From the NCBI GenBank assembly GCA_040264395.1, contig JBDQII010000002.1, positions 1 to 42,069 of the forward strand: DNA of 42,069 nucleotides, given 5' to 3'. Both the position numbers and the translations under genes were made by a program. The notes beneath the pieces are model-generated. The model made no database searches and was not told the origin of the DNA. It saw only the letters and a program-made list of their open reading frames with translations. Below, one piece after another: positions 28,984 to 38,291 of the stretch (positions are counted from its first letter, which is position 1; every line of letters begins with the position of its first letter). The DNA is from Verrucomicrobiota bacterium. Lineage in GTDB: Bacteria; Verrucomicrobiota; Verrucomicrobiia; Limisphaerales; AAA164-E04.

Positions 28984-30519
28984 TCACTTCCGTCGCTCTT
29001 TCAGAACCTGATCGATCAAATCGCAGGCTTCTCTGCGTAAAGCACTTTCTATCGTGATCCTTTGATCCATCACCAGATGTTGGTCTGTGCTGCGCGTGTA
29101 AGAGGGCCATGCCGGCTGATGATCAATATTTGGATTGCCGGATTTGGCGAATTGCACCCAGTAATCCATGAATGTTTCTGAAAGCCTTCTGTCCTCAGGT
29201 TTTGGCTCTTCCAAATTGCCGAATACATATCCAATTTCGGCAGCATGAGCTGCCCCCATCCAACCCCACACAGGTTTGGTGAAGTGATACATCCATACCG
29301 GATTGCCATGTTGACTCATTGCTCTGGCAAATTCCCGTGATGGTTGTACAAACCAGGTGTCCGTGATCATTTGAACACCCACCTTATAGAGTTCTTCTTT
29401 TGATGCTGGGGCATAAAACTCAGCGATTTTATTACCAGACTCGCCAAACTGTTCCAACATCGCGATCAGGTAACTGTCCAAGGTGCCTCCAAAGGGTTTG
29501 CTGGGCCCAAACATCGTTCCTTCATCTCGATTGGTTCCAATAATGATGGGTATATCGTGTTGTTCGCCGGCGGCGTAGATCAAATGGGGTGCTTTGGGGA
29601 ATACCCAACCATCCATCACTACGGGCCAGCGTTTCTTTATCTTTGCTAAAATTTCTTCCCCCGGTGTGGCTCGCAGTTTCGCTAACACATTTGGGACTGG
29701 CGTTTTGAATAACTTTTGAACTTCCTGATTCCCCATGGATTCAGCGGGAGGCCCGTTTTCGTTTTCACTTTTCAGATCGCGAAAAATACTCGGATCGAGC
29801 CAGGGGCTTTGCAGGATCGCGCGATGAAACAGTCCTTTGGAAAGGGGTGTTGCTGTCAGTAGATAAACACTGGTCCCACCCGCCGATTCACCGAAAATGG
29901 TGACATTGTCGGGGTTACCGCCAAATTTTGAAATATTGCCCTTTACCCACTTCAATGCCTCGATCTGGTCCAGAATCGCATAATTACCTGATGAACCGTG
30001 TGGTGACTCCGCTGATAATTCTGGATGCGTCATGAATCCGAGGGCACCCAGTCGGTAATTGATTGTGACCACGACGACACCCCTTTGGGCAAGTTGTGTT
30101 CCGTTGTAGCCAGCCTTATGCCCAGACCCCTGTGTGAAACCTCCTCCATGTATCCAAACCATGACCGGGTATTTCTCCACGTGACGCTTACGTGGCGTCC
30201 ACACGTTTAAATACAGGCAATCTTCGCTTTGATTAGCATTTTTTCGTTTGCCGCGCTGCAATGATTGAGGAGCAAATTGATCACAAACACGGACAGAAAA
30301 CCATTTAGCAGGTGGTTGTGGGGGACGCCAGCGCAGATCTCCTACCGGAGGCGCTGCGTAAGGGATTCCCTTGAAAACTTCCACCGATTCATCGCGCGAC
30401 CCTGTTCCCTGCACAGGGCCATATTGCGTGAGGACAGTATCGGACGCGGTGACACAGGAAACGATGACTGCAATACAGCAGGCAGACAACCAAATGGCTT
30501 TTCGATATTGCACTTGCAT
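28984..30519 (-). CDS. Carboxylesterase type B (para-nitrobenzyl-esterase-like)
   Basis: 511 aa with a signal peptide. Shows EDCLYLNVWTP, the oxyanion-hole VWIHGGGF and the nucleophile elbow FGESAGG. Confidence 0.93.
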   Translation of the reverse strand: MQVQYRKAIWLSACCIAVIVSCVTASDTVLTQYGPVQGTGSRDESVEVFKGIPYAAPPVGDLRWRPPQPPAKWFSVRVCDQFAPQSLQRGKRKNANQSEDCLYLNVWTPRKRHVEKYPVMVWIHGGGFTQGSGHKAGYNGTQLAQRGVVVVTINYRLGALGFMTHPELSAESPHGSSGNYAILDQIEALKWVKGNISKFGGNPDNVTIFGESAGGTSVYLLTATPLSKGLFHRAILQSPWLDPSIFRDLKSENENGPPAESMGNQEVQKLFKTPVPNVLAKLRATPGEEILAKIKKRWPVVMDGWVFPKAPHLIYAAGEQHDIPIIIGTNRDEGTMFGPSKPFGGTLDSYLIAMLEQFGESGNKIAEFYAPASKEELYKVGVQMITDTWFVQPSREFARAMSQHGNPVWMYHFTKPVWGWMGAAHAAEIGYVFGNLEEPKPEDRRLSETFMDYWVQFAKSGNPNIDHQPAWPSYTRSTDQHLVMDQRITIESALRREACDLIDQVLKERRK

Positions 30520-30618
30520 ATCATAGGGTAAGGCTCCGGAATAAACAATTATAACGAAATCTCAAGCGAGAAGACTTGATATAATGATTCTTTCCTGTGT
30601 GATCAATCTCGCATCCAG

Positions 30619-33042
30619 TTACTGGTTCAAAAAGATCAATGAAGGCTTATCCGTCGAGGTCTCAATGGTCTTGATGGTTTCCCTGACAAGCTTTGCCTTT
30701 CCTCGACTCAGGTGGCGTGGGTAGTTCTTTTCTCCTTGATCAAAATGAATGGCGGCGGCCTTTAATTGGGGCAGAATGCGTCTTCCGTGTGTGCCATAGG
30801 ATTTGAGCATTTCCATTACTTTAACGATGCGTTTTTCGCTGGCATGCGCTTTCTGATTGAGGGCGTAATCTACCAGCAGTTCAATCCCCTCGTTGATTCT
30901 GTGCTTTGCAAATAGTTCAAGCCCGCTCATGCGGATTTCGCTTGCGAACATGATGCCGCTGGGTGCCTTTTCCGCAATTGCCTGTTGGATAGCCGGGAGT
31001 AAGGGTTTGATTTCATCAAAGCTGAGGTTCTGGTACACCGATGCAAAACTCCCTCGTGCGCGACCATCCTGATTCTGTAAACCGACACGAACGGCCTGCA
31101 TGAGTAATTTTCGATCGACCCCGCTGAGTGATCGTCCGACCAGTCCACCGCGCCGGTTGAAAAGAGCAAAGGCAAGATAGCGGTGTTCCATCCCCCTTGG
31201 GTCCTTTTCGGGATCTCTCATCGCAAAACGTTTGAGCATGTCCGGAATGGCAATCTTTGCTGGGGCACCGATTCCAGCGAGGGCTTCGGCCGCAAGGATC
31301 CGCAGCCAGAGGTCATCTGCCTGCAGCGCGTTCGATAGGACCGACACCCGCGCAGCTTCATTTATTTTTGAGTTAAGGCTCCCAAGTGCTTCAACGGCTC
31401 CATATCGGGAATCAAGATTTGAGGATTTCAATAGTTTCAGGAGAATTGGCATGATGTCACCGTCTCGCCTTCCCAGCTCCCGGGCCGAACGCTTGCGGAC
31501 CGCGGGCGACCAGCTGGACAGACCTGCAAGCAATTCCTTCTTGCTCCGGTTCTCATAACGGTAGCGATCCATCTCCCTGCCCGAAAGTCCGCTGCGTGTC
31601 GAAAAGTAATCCCTCCCTGCAGTAATCACCTCCTCGGATTCGGATGCCGTCAAGGCCGGGACCGCAGACGGTTTCTTGCCGGTGATGTAAAGGTTTTTCA
31701 TGGGTAAGGCATACGTCAGGAGATAGGTTCCGGTATTATCCCAGTGTGTGTATTTATCATGCTCTTCTTCTCCGACGGGGGATCCCTGATACCGGAAGCT
31801 GCCGTCCCATCCGCGGGCGAGGTCGTAATACCATGCCTGTTCCCGCCAGTAAGCGCCGGTGCTCTGAGGACCACATCGTGCCACAGCGGGCATCGCCCAC
31901 AGTATATTGAAGAAATTACCGGTATGCCCCCGTTCCCGCTCGTCGTAGGCCGCCACGCTCATTTTGGTGAAGAAGCTTGCTGCCTCTCGATCGCCGAGCA
32001 GATCGAAGAGTATGGCTGCCATGGAGCATTTGCCATTGTCCTCATGACCTGGCCAGGGGATGTGGTCGCCGTAAGGAATGGCACCCTTGTTCACATACCA
32101 ACGTAGGAAAGCGGCCGACCTGGTGATCGCAATATTCAGGTCGGGGTTATGGACCCCGGCTTCACGTGCCAGGACCATGGAGATCGTCAAAGGAATGCCG
32201 GGCGAGTTCATGCAACCGTATCCGCCAACCCTGCCGTCGGGCATAGCGAAGCGGTGTCCCCACGTGCCCACCAGGCTTTGACCGCGGGCAGATTCAAGAG
32301 CCAGACGTTCGAGCCCGGGCATGACTGATGGATCCTTGGTTGCCATGGCATACTCAGCGAGGAACATGATCGCATACCCATAGTGCCAGGTCGCAAAGGC
32401 ATCGACTCGGTAATTTGCTACCTTGTTGGCATAGTCAGAAAGTAAGGTGCGGTAATCCGGTCTGCCACTGGCCAGCAGTGCAAGTGCATTGATACTGTTG
32501 GGAATCGATACCTTATCCAGCCCCCTTCGCGCAATGGATTCACACCCGCGTTCAAAAATTCTTGCAGATTTTCGGCAGTGATAGGGGGCCGTGGAACTGT
32601 AGGTACCCAGAACTGGAATCTTGAGGGTGACCTTTTTGGTTTTGCCTGCGCGCCATCGGATGAGTTGGAGCATGCCTTTTGAACTTTCCTGCTCTGCCTG
32701 CATCACGGCGCGGGCGAATTGTTTTCTCGCATCCTCGTTGAATCGCATTTCTTCGACGCCCAGAATCACGTCATCCATTTCAAGGATTCCATCGGCGGGC
32801 GAATTCTTTGCCACTTTGGTGATCAATATCTGGCGAGCATCTGCGGTGTGTTTCCAGGCGTGCATCCACCCTCGCGCGCCGGTGGGACCGAGTGTCCAGT
32901 CATGACTGCCATCGGGCTTGCCATCATGGGTGAAATCCGGGATGACTGTTTTTGCATTCGCTCCGCTAATCGGAAATGTTGAGACGGATAGGAACCATGC
33001 CGCAACAGCAAAGATCATGCTGGTTAATTGCTTTAAATTCAT
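30619..33042 (-). CDS. DUF6288-like protein: PDZ-like N-domain + alpha/alpha-toroid-like core + C-terminal HEAT repeats
   Basis: 807 aa with a signal peptide. N-terminal IPDFTHDGKPDGSHDWTLGPTGARGWMH ... ILITKVAKNSPADGILEMDDVILGV. The Trp/Tyr-rich helical core includes WHYGYAIMFLAEYA and GNFFNILWAMPA. HEAT-like repeats include SPAVRKRSARELG, SRYGAVEALGSL and LRILAAEALAGIG. Confidence 0.75.
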   Translation of the reverse strand: MNLKQLTSMIFAVAAWFLSVSTFPISGANAKTVIPDFTHDGKPDGSHDWTLGPTGARGWMHAWKHTADARQILITKVAKNSPADGILEMDDVILGVEEMRFNEDARKQFARAVMQAEQESSKGMLQLIRWRAGKTKKVTLKIPVLGTYSSTAPYHCRKSARIFERGCESIARRGLDKVSIPNSINALALLASGRPDYRTLLSDYANKVANYRVDAFATWHYGYAIMFLAEYAMATKDPSVMPGLERLALESARGQSLVGTWGHRFAMPDGRVGGYGCMNSPGIPLTISMVLAREAGVHNPDLNIAITRSAAFLRWYVNKGAIPYGDHIPWPGHEDNGKCSMAAILFDLLGDREAASFFTKMSVAAYDERERGHTGNFFNILWAMPAVARCGPQSTGAYWREQAWYYDLARGWDGSFRYQGSPVGEEEHDKYTHWDNTGTYLLTYALPMKNLYITGKKPSAVPALTASESEEVITAGRDYFSTRSGLSGREMDRYRYENRSKKELLAGLSSWSPAVRKRSARELGRRDGDIMPILLKLLKSSNLDSRYGAVEALGSLNSKINEAARVSVLSNALQADDLWLRILAAEALAGIGAPAKIAIPDMLKRFAMRDPEKDPRGMEHRYLAFALFNRRGGLVGRSLSGVDRKLLMQAVRVGLQNQDGRARGSFASVYQNLSFDEIKPLLPAIQQAIAEKAPSGIMFASEIRMSGLELFAKHRINEGIELLVDYALNQKAHASEKRIVKVMEMLKSYGTHGRRILPQLKAAAIHFDQGEKNYPRHLSRGKAKLVRETIKTIETSTDKPSLIFLNQ

Positions 33043-33156
33043 TATCTGAGAGAGGTTTGTTGTCTAGTCCTTGATTGCAATCCTGGGCTACTCAGGATGA
33101 TAAACAAGGATATCAATCGAAGGAATCCATTGGGTTGCTGCAGGAGATTCATGAAC

Positions 33157-34839
33157 TTAATTTTCAATGAGTTCTAATGTGGCTCTTGCCAGCGCGTCCC
33201 CGATTAGGAAATAGCTTTCAGCGTTACCGAACCAATGGTGACCGTGTGTGATATTGGGCGACTCTTCCTTGGGGCGTGCAAAGGCGTTTGTTTCCACAAA
33301 AACGGCATTTTCGATGCGTGCCGTACCGTTGCGCTGGGCTTGCCGGAAATCAGCCATGTTCCCGTCCCTCTGAGCAGGGCCGCCGTTGCCTAGTTCTCCC
33401 ACAATAAACGGTAGTTGCGGTATATCCAACTCAGAGCGAAGATCCAATGCAAGGTTAACCAGATGATCTGCATAATGAGTGATGGCGTCGCTAGCTACCA
33501 TGTCATTCCAACCCTGCATCCAGATAAAGCCTGCAAGCTCATAATCGTCATGTTTGAGCTCTTCCAGTGCCGCATGGATTTCTTCAATCATTTTTGTATA
33601 ATACGGACCGACGCGTCCTCCCGAACTCGGTGGGCGGAAATCAGCATGCAGACTCTTGCCGCCCCATGCTGTCTTAATAAGCAAAACCGGTTCATCGAAG
33701 TAATCTCCAACAACATGACCGAATTGAAGTTCCGGCCCGATGTGACTATTGCCGCCATATCCTGTGTAGCCGATGGTCAGGTTTCCCTTGCGTTGCTTTT
33801 CTCGGGATTTGAAGGATATCTGAACGTCCTCTCGGGAGGTCCAGTTTCTATTTTCATCTTTGAGATGTCGCATTTTTTCGGCGCTGCTGGAATGCTTCAT
33901 GGACCATTCCAGATTGCCCTTGCCACCGTTGTAGAACTGAGGATGATCCATCGAAACAACACCCTGACCCTCCATGTTGGACTGGCCTGCGAGGATAAAG
34001 ACCTTGGTTGAAATTTTGCGGATAGTTTCTTTGGTGGGGCGTTTTGAAATAGCCGAAGCATGATCGGTCGCTAGCTTGGTTTGATACTTGGAATCAGTAT
34101 GGGGACGAAGTCGCAGAATGACAGGAGTTCCGACATCGGGCAGTTTGTCACCTGCGACGTTCCAATACAGTTCCGTATTCACCTGGCTGTGGAGGCCGGG
34201 CAGGCAAAGCACTTCATCGCCGAAGGTTGAAATTGATATCACGTTTCCACTTTTGTCAGCCATGTAATGATTAGGGCCGTTATTGTCACCTGAATGTAAA
34301 ATTGAACCAGCGAACAGGAATGTATTCGTTGAGAATGTTTCTCCATCCTCCTGCGTTATAAACTCGTTGATTGGCTTCTCGACCGGTTTGGCAGACTCTT
34401 CATTATCGAACACAAGAAACACATCGACAGGGGCTCCGGATGGAGGCACATCCATCCAAACATTTTTTTTATCGTCGACTGGTTTTCGTTGTGCCGGGGA
34501 GCCCGCATCGGCGCCCAAAAGGAGAAGTGCCGTGTGAATGTGTTTAGCTGTGCTTTCAACAGCAACAATCGATTCATGCTCTTTGGAGGTTTTCGTACAG
34601 GCGATCAACTCGAGTACTCCTTTTTTCAAACAGATGTAGGCATCAACGTCCACGCACCATTCCTCAAGGTTGATGCTCATGCCCTGTAATTCAGGAAGGT
34701 CAAACTGAGAGAGAGGTTTCGGATTTGGAATGGAGTCTGAGGATTGACCGCCATTGCCTGTTTGACTGGTTGCCACTGTCGTCAGAAACGGAACGCCTGT
34801 TATCAGGAATAAAAGTAGGAATTGAAAATAAGATCTCAT
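33157..34839 (-). CDS. YdjY-like N-domain fused to a sialate O-acetylesterase-like (SASA/DUF303, SGNH-type) esterase
   Basis: 560 aa with a signal peptide. N-terminal GVLELIACTKTSKEHESIVAVESTAKHIHTALLLLGADAGSP. The C-terminal half has the hallmark VFILAGQSNMEGQG, then GPELQFG, WMQGWND and FVETN ... HGHHW. Confidence 0.85.
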   Translation of the reverse strand: MRSYFQFLLLFLITGVPFLTTVATSQTGNGGQSSDSIPNPKPLSQFDLPELQGMSINLEEWCVDVDAYICLKKGVLELIACTKTSKEHESIVAVESTAKHIHTALLLLGADAGSPAQRKPVDDKKNVWMDVPPSGAPVDVFLVFDNEESAKPVEKPINEFITQEDGETFSTNTFLFAGSILHSGDNNGPNHYMADKSGNVISISTFGDEVLCLPGLHSQVNTELYWNVAGDKLPDVGTPVILRLRPHTDSKYQTKLATDHASAISKRPTKETIRKISTKVFILAGQSNMEGQGVVSMDHPQFYNGGKGNLEWSMKHSSSAEKMRHLKDENRNWTSREDVQISFKSREKQRKGNLTIGYTGYGGNSHIGPELQFGHVVGDYFDEPVLLIKTAWGGKSLHADFRPPSSGGRVGPYYTKMIEEIHAALEELKHDDYELAGFIWMQGWNDMVASDAITHYADHLVNLALDLRSELDIPQLPFIVGELGNGGPAQRDGNMADFRQAQRNGTARIENAVFVETNAFARPKEESPNITHGHHWFGNAESYFLIGDALARATLELIEN

Positions 34840-35406
34840 AAGTAATATCGACTCTTTGCAGGTATAGAATGACAGGAAAGGGAGCCCGCGACGAGAATAG
34901 AACTAGTAACCTTTTTTCCTGGCAATCGATCACAATTGACCTGAGGACTCCTTGGATCGAAGCGATCGCTTTCCTTTCCGTGATAGGGGGCAGTAACAAG
35001 GACGCTTCCGTCATCGGCTGTGAATTCAGGTCAATTTGATCCGCAAAGTCAATTCAGGTTTTGGTTTTGGTTCAAGTTGATCCATCCAAAATTTTATGAA
35101 AAGGAAGGTGAACAACTTGCCGAATCAAAGTCTTCTTCTTGCCAGCTTTGCTGGAGTGCGTATCCCTGGTCCGAACTTTGATTCATTGCTTGGGCACTGG
35201 GCAACAGATTTGTTTTTCGACTGAGCAATATCCTGCCTCAATAAACCGAGCCGGGGGCTTGGCTGGATTTGACCATTTTCTCACGGTGCATGGCAGGAGC
35301 ACCGAAGGACGTCGGATGTAGGAAAAGACCCGGCTAGAAGTCCTTCGTCAAACCCGATCTATTTCCTATCTGCCTGGCCGGATGGGGCATCAAGTGAACC
35401 GGTCGT

Positions 35407-36429
35407 TTACAGCTTGTCGCCCAGTGTGCTCGCCAGCTTTTCCTGATTGAAATCCTTTTTGTCTGATTCCGGACGGTCACCATGGCTGCTGGCGAGCCTG
35501 TCTGCCGATTTGACTGGAAGTTGGAGCAAACGCTTTGCCTCCTTCAAAAGGAAATCGGGATTGTTGAAAGGTTCGTAACTGATGTCCTGCCAGCGGACCA
35601 AACCGTCACCATCGATCAAAAACGTGCCATGCAAGGGTTGGTTCTCGAAATCGTCGAAGGCCCGGTAGGTCTTGAAGATTCGCAGATCGGCGTCAGAAAC
35701 AAGCGGGAATGGGAATTCGCCCTGAACTTGTGTGTTTTCGAGGAAATTCTTCAAGTCCTTTACCACCGGGATCTCTGCCAGATCTTCCAGCTGAAAACTG
35801 TCAACGGATCTCTTCAGTTTCTTGACTTCGTCGGTGCTGATGGCGACCAATGAAATTCCAGCGTCGATGAAGTCTTTTGTTCGTGGGGCGAAATTGGTGA
35901 GCTGCTCGACGCAATGCAGGCAATTTTGGCCAAGGTAAAAAATCACCACGACAGGTCGGCCATGGAATTGCTTCAGTCCTATCGATTCCCCAGTGGCATT
36001 TGGTAAGCTCCAATCCGGCGCTAATGTCGGTGTATAGCGAAGGGGACCAATGCTGTCCAGCGATGGACGTATACCGACGTCATGGGAAAGCTGCCTTTCG
36101 ATTCGCCAATCGGATGGGAAATCAATAGCGGAGGCTATCTTCGAGAGTCGCTGAAACGGGGCATGCGTCAAGTCGTCGATGTTTCCGGAAATTTCGCGCA
36201 ATTTGGCGAATGCTTCGCTTGCTTCTTTTTCCTTGCCGATGCGGAAGAGAACGTCGATCTGGTTGGCCAATGGTATGACCTCATTCTTGGCCGACTCGAC
36301 CGCTTCTCCAGCCAGACGCTCTGCCTTCTCGTGATCTCCCGCGCGCAGGTAAAGTCTCGCGAGCCGATCCTTTGCAACGCCGCTGACTTGACCGAGCAGA
36401 GTCTTGGAAGTTCCGGCCGTTCCTACCAA
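35407..36429 (-). CDS. TPR + thioredoxin-fold (AhpC/TSA redoxin-like, CxxC) segment; probably the C-terminal part of the 36550-38019 frame
   Basis: 340 codons whose only start is TTG at 36429; there is no ATG codon anywhere in it. Shows LARLYLRAGDHEKAERL (TPR-like) and RPVVVIFYLGQNCLHCVEQL (C-L-H-C). The frame stays open for 40 more codons upstream, to the TAG at 36552-36550. Confidence 0.75.
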   Translation of the reverse strand: MVGTAGTSKTLLGQVSGVAKDRLARLYLRAGDHEKAERLAGEAVESAKNEVIPLANQIDVLFRIGKEKEASEAFAKLREISGNIDDLTHAPFQRLSKIASAIDFPSDWRIERQLSHDVGIRPSLDSIGPLRYTPTLAPDWSLPNATGESIGLKQFHGRPVVVIFYLGQNCLHCVEQLTNFAPRTKDFIDAGISLVAISTDEVKKLKRSVDSFQLEDLAEIPVVKDLKNFLENTQVQGEFPFPLVSDADLRIFKTYRAFDDFENQPLHGTFLIDGDGLVRWQDISYEPFNNPDFLLKEAKRLLQLPVKSADRLASSHGDRPESDKKDFNQEKLASTLGDKL

Positions 36430-36549
36430 TAACCCCGCGTATGCATTCAGTTCAGCGACAGCGTTGTTGAGCGATTTGATCCGGTTGTTGAAATTTTTTC
36501 CAGCGGCAGCTTTGGCCTTATCGATCTCGACCGCCGGTTTCTTAGCTTC

Positions 36550-36552
36550 CTA
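36550..36552 (-). other. Single in-frame TAG separating the two halves of one 870-codon reading frame
   Basis: The reverse complement reads ... gca gca aaa aaa gcc TAG gaa gct aag aaa ccg gcg ... = AAKKA*EAKKPA. 38019-35407 spans 2613 nt, which is exactly 871 triplets, with this as the only internal stop. Confidence 0.9.
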
Positions 36553-38019
36553 GGCTTTTTTTGCTGCTTCGGTTTGGGCTTCGGTTTGTTCATTTTGCGC
36601 TTGGACCAATCGTCCCTGCAACTCCACAAGCTGGGCCAGAAGCTGGGGCGAGTCGCCTTTTTCGAAGTAAGCGGCACCCAAAGCGCGGATGCGTTTGTCC
36701 TGTTCCGGTTTCAGGTTCGTCGGTTCCAGATACATGGTATCGCTGAGATGGATCAGCTCGTCCCACATTTCGAAACGCTGGAGCACTTGGAACATTCGGG
36801 TCCGTCCATACGAGGCGCTGCGTCCCCGCCTTGAGGCAGTATTGTATTTTGGGTGTCGTGGATGTTCGATCAGATTGGCGGCGATCGCCAGTGCGTCACG
36901 TGATCGGCCGATGTTGATCAGATTGCGTGTCATCCATTCCTGATTGTGCGCATAGTTGTGGATCTGGTCGGGCATCACGCGATCGCGCATCATGTGAGCG
37001 TGATCGGCTCGTGAGGATGCTTCCTGTTGCCAGACGGCGTCACTATATCGCTTCAATCGGGAATAGATATGCCCTGGCATGTGCCACAGATGAGCGATGC
37101 TGGGGCCTGACTGACCGCCTCGCGCAGCGGACTCCAGTGCGCGCTCGGGTTTTTCACGGTCCCATAGGTGAATCCGGTAATGATGCGCAGGGTGCATGGG
37201 GTTCAGAGCAAATACCTGATCCAGAACCGCGTCGACCGCCTGGTGACTGGCAATAGGAAGATCGCCTTTGAACTGATATAGCCGCACGACCAAGAACGCT
37301 TTTGCCTCGATGTCATCGGGATACTCATGAATAATTTCTTCCAAATTGCGGATATATTCTTGCTTGGCTGTCTTGGCGTCTTTCTTCTTTGATTTCAAAT
37401 ACTCGTCCAGACCAGCTATCCACAGTTGTTCACGTTTGCTGATACTTTCTTTTCGTTTTACAGCCTCCTTGATGAAACCGATCGCTCGTTTTTCGTTCTC
37501 GAAATTTGCCATCGCCATCCCCCAGTAAGCCATCGCACATTCTGGATCCAGCATGGCGACCTGTCGGAAAGATCTTTCTGCCTCGAAATACCAGAAACCG
37601 TGCAACTGACCGATGCCTTGATTGAAGAATTGCTGAGCAAGTGCGTCATCCGTGGAGACATCAAAAGTCACGTTGGCTGTGCCTCCCATCAGGTAAGCTT
37701 TCTGTCTGGGTCCTTCGTTGAAAGCCTCACCGTGAAACGAGTGTCCCTCGATAACTCCCTCGGTAGCGCCTGTTTCTGCCTTTGATTCGTCTTTGGGTTT
37801 GTCTTGCGCTTTTTGAATATCCTCTGCTGAGACGTGTTGGGTACACAGTATTGCAGTGAGGATGAGTATGAACGGGATGAAGGCAGCAGCCTTGACCATG
37901 ACAGGACGCGTCCATGACTCAATGCCTGCAGTGGTTGTTTTTTTCAAAAAGCTTCTCATTTCATTTATTATTGACTCGCTGTGGTGCAGCAAAATTCGAT
38001 CCTTTCTTTTTCGAGCCAC
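36550..38019 (-). CDS. Secreted TPR-like helical-repeat protein (N-terminal part of the TPR-redoxin frame)
   Basis: 489 codons. 38019 is GTG; ATGs at 37959 and 37899 are alternatives, and 37899 gives a clean signal peptide MVKAAAFIPFILILTAILCTQHVSA. Conserved-looking block GHSFHGEAFNEGPRQKAYLMGG ... QLHGFWYFEAERSFRQVAMLDPECAMAYWGMAMAN. Confidence 0.8.
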   Translation of the reverse strand: MARKRKDRILLHHSESIINEMRSFLKKTTTAGIESWTRPVMVKAAAFIPFILILTAILCTQHVSAEDIQKAQDKPKDESKAETGATEGVIEGHSFHGEAFNEGPRQKAYLMGGTANVTFDVSTDDALAQQFFNQGIGQLHGFWYFEAERSFRQVAMLDPECAMAYWGMAMANFENEKRAIGFIKEAVKRKESISKREQLWIAGLDEYLKSKKKDAKTAKQEYIRNLEEIIHEYPDDIEAKAFLVVRLYQFKGDLPIASHQAVDAVLDQVFALNPMHPAHHYRIHLWDREKPERALESAARGGQSGPSIAHLWHMPGHIYSRLKRYSDAVWQQEASSRADHAHMMRDRVMPDQIHNYAHNQEWMTRNLINIGRSRDALAIAANLIEHPRHPKYNTASRRGRSASYGRTRMFQVLQRFEMWDELIHLSDTMYLEPTNLKPEQDKRIRALGAAYFEKGDSPQLLAQLVELQGRLVQAQNEQTEAQTEAAKKA

Positions 38020-38291
38020 TTGTCAAGAACACAAACACGGCATCGCTCGAAAATAAGGGACTGACTTATCAACTGCGCATTCGAGCCACATGCTCGACAA
38101 AATCTCTTTCGTCATCCAAATTTGTTTGCCGTTCGATGCCTTCTCAATAATACGTAAGTAGAGTGAAAGGCATCACTCAATGAGCTTTTTTTAACAATCA
38201 ACGGCAAAAAACGCGCATCAGCGCAATAGGATATCCGTTGCCTTCTCCAAGGTAACCTCGATGGTTTCCAACAGTCTCTTAAAGTGAAAAA

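Noticed and set aside
30548-30553. Perfect TATAAT (minus strand) about 30 nt upstream of the carboxylesterase ATG; also TTGACA at 21807-21812 just before the MFS ATG
   Set aside because: No acceptable -35 hexamer lies at 16-18 nt spacing from the TATAAT. The TTGACA abuts the start codon, so it cannot serve that gene. PVC promoter consensus is also uncertain, so neither is reported as a promoter.
36550-36552. TAG as programmed recoding (pyrrolysine or similar)
   Set aside because: Nothing in the window suggests Pyl machinery, and the codon sits in a low-complexity linker rather than an active site. A plain nonsense mutation, an error or leaky termination are simpler. The anomaly is kept as a finding, not as a recoding claim.
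36447-36677. 76-aa highly basic ORF (KKPRKLRNRRSRS...) bridging the TAG region in another frame
   Set aside because: It is an alternative-frame reading of the Lys/Ala/Glu-rich linker. No frameshift is needed, because the main frame continues straight through apart from the single TAG.
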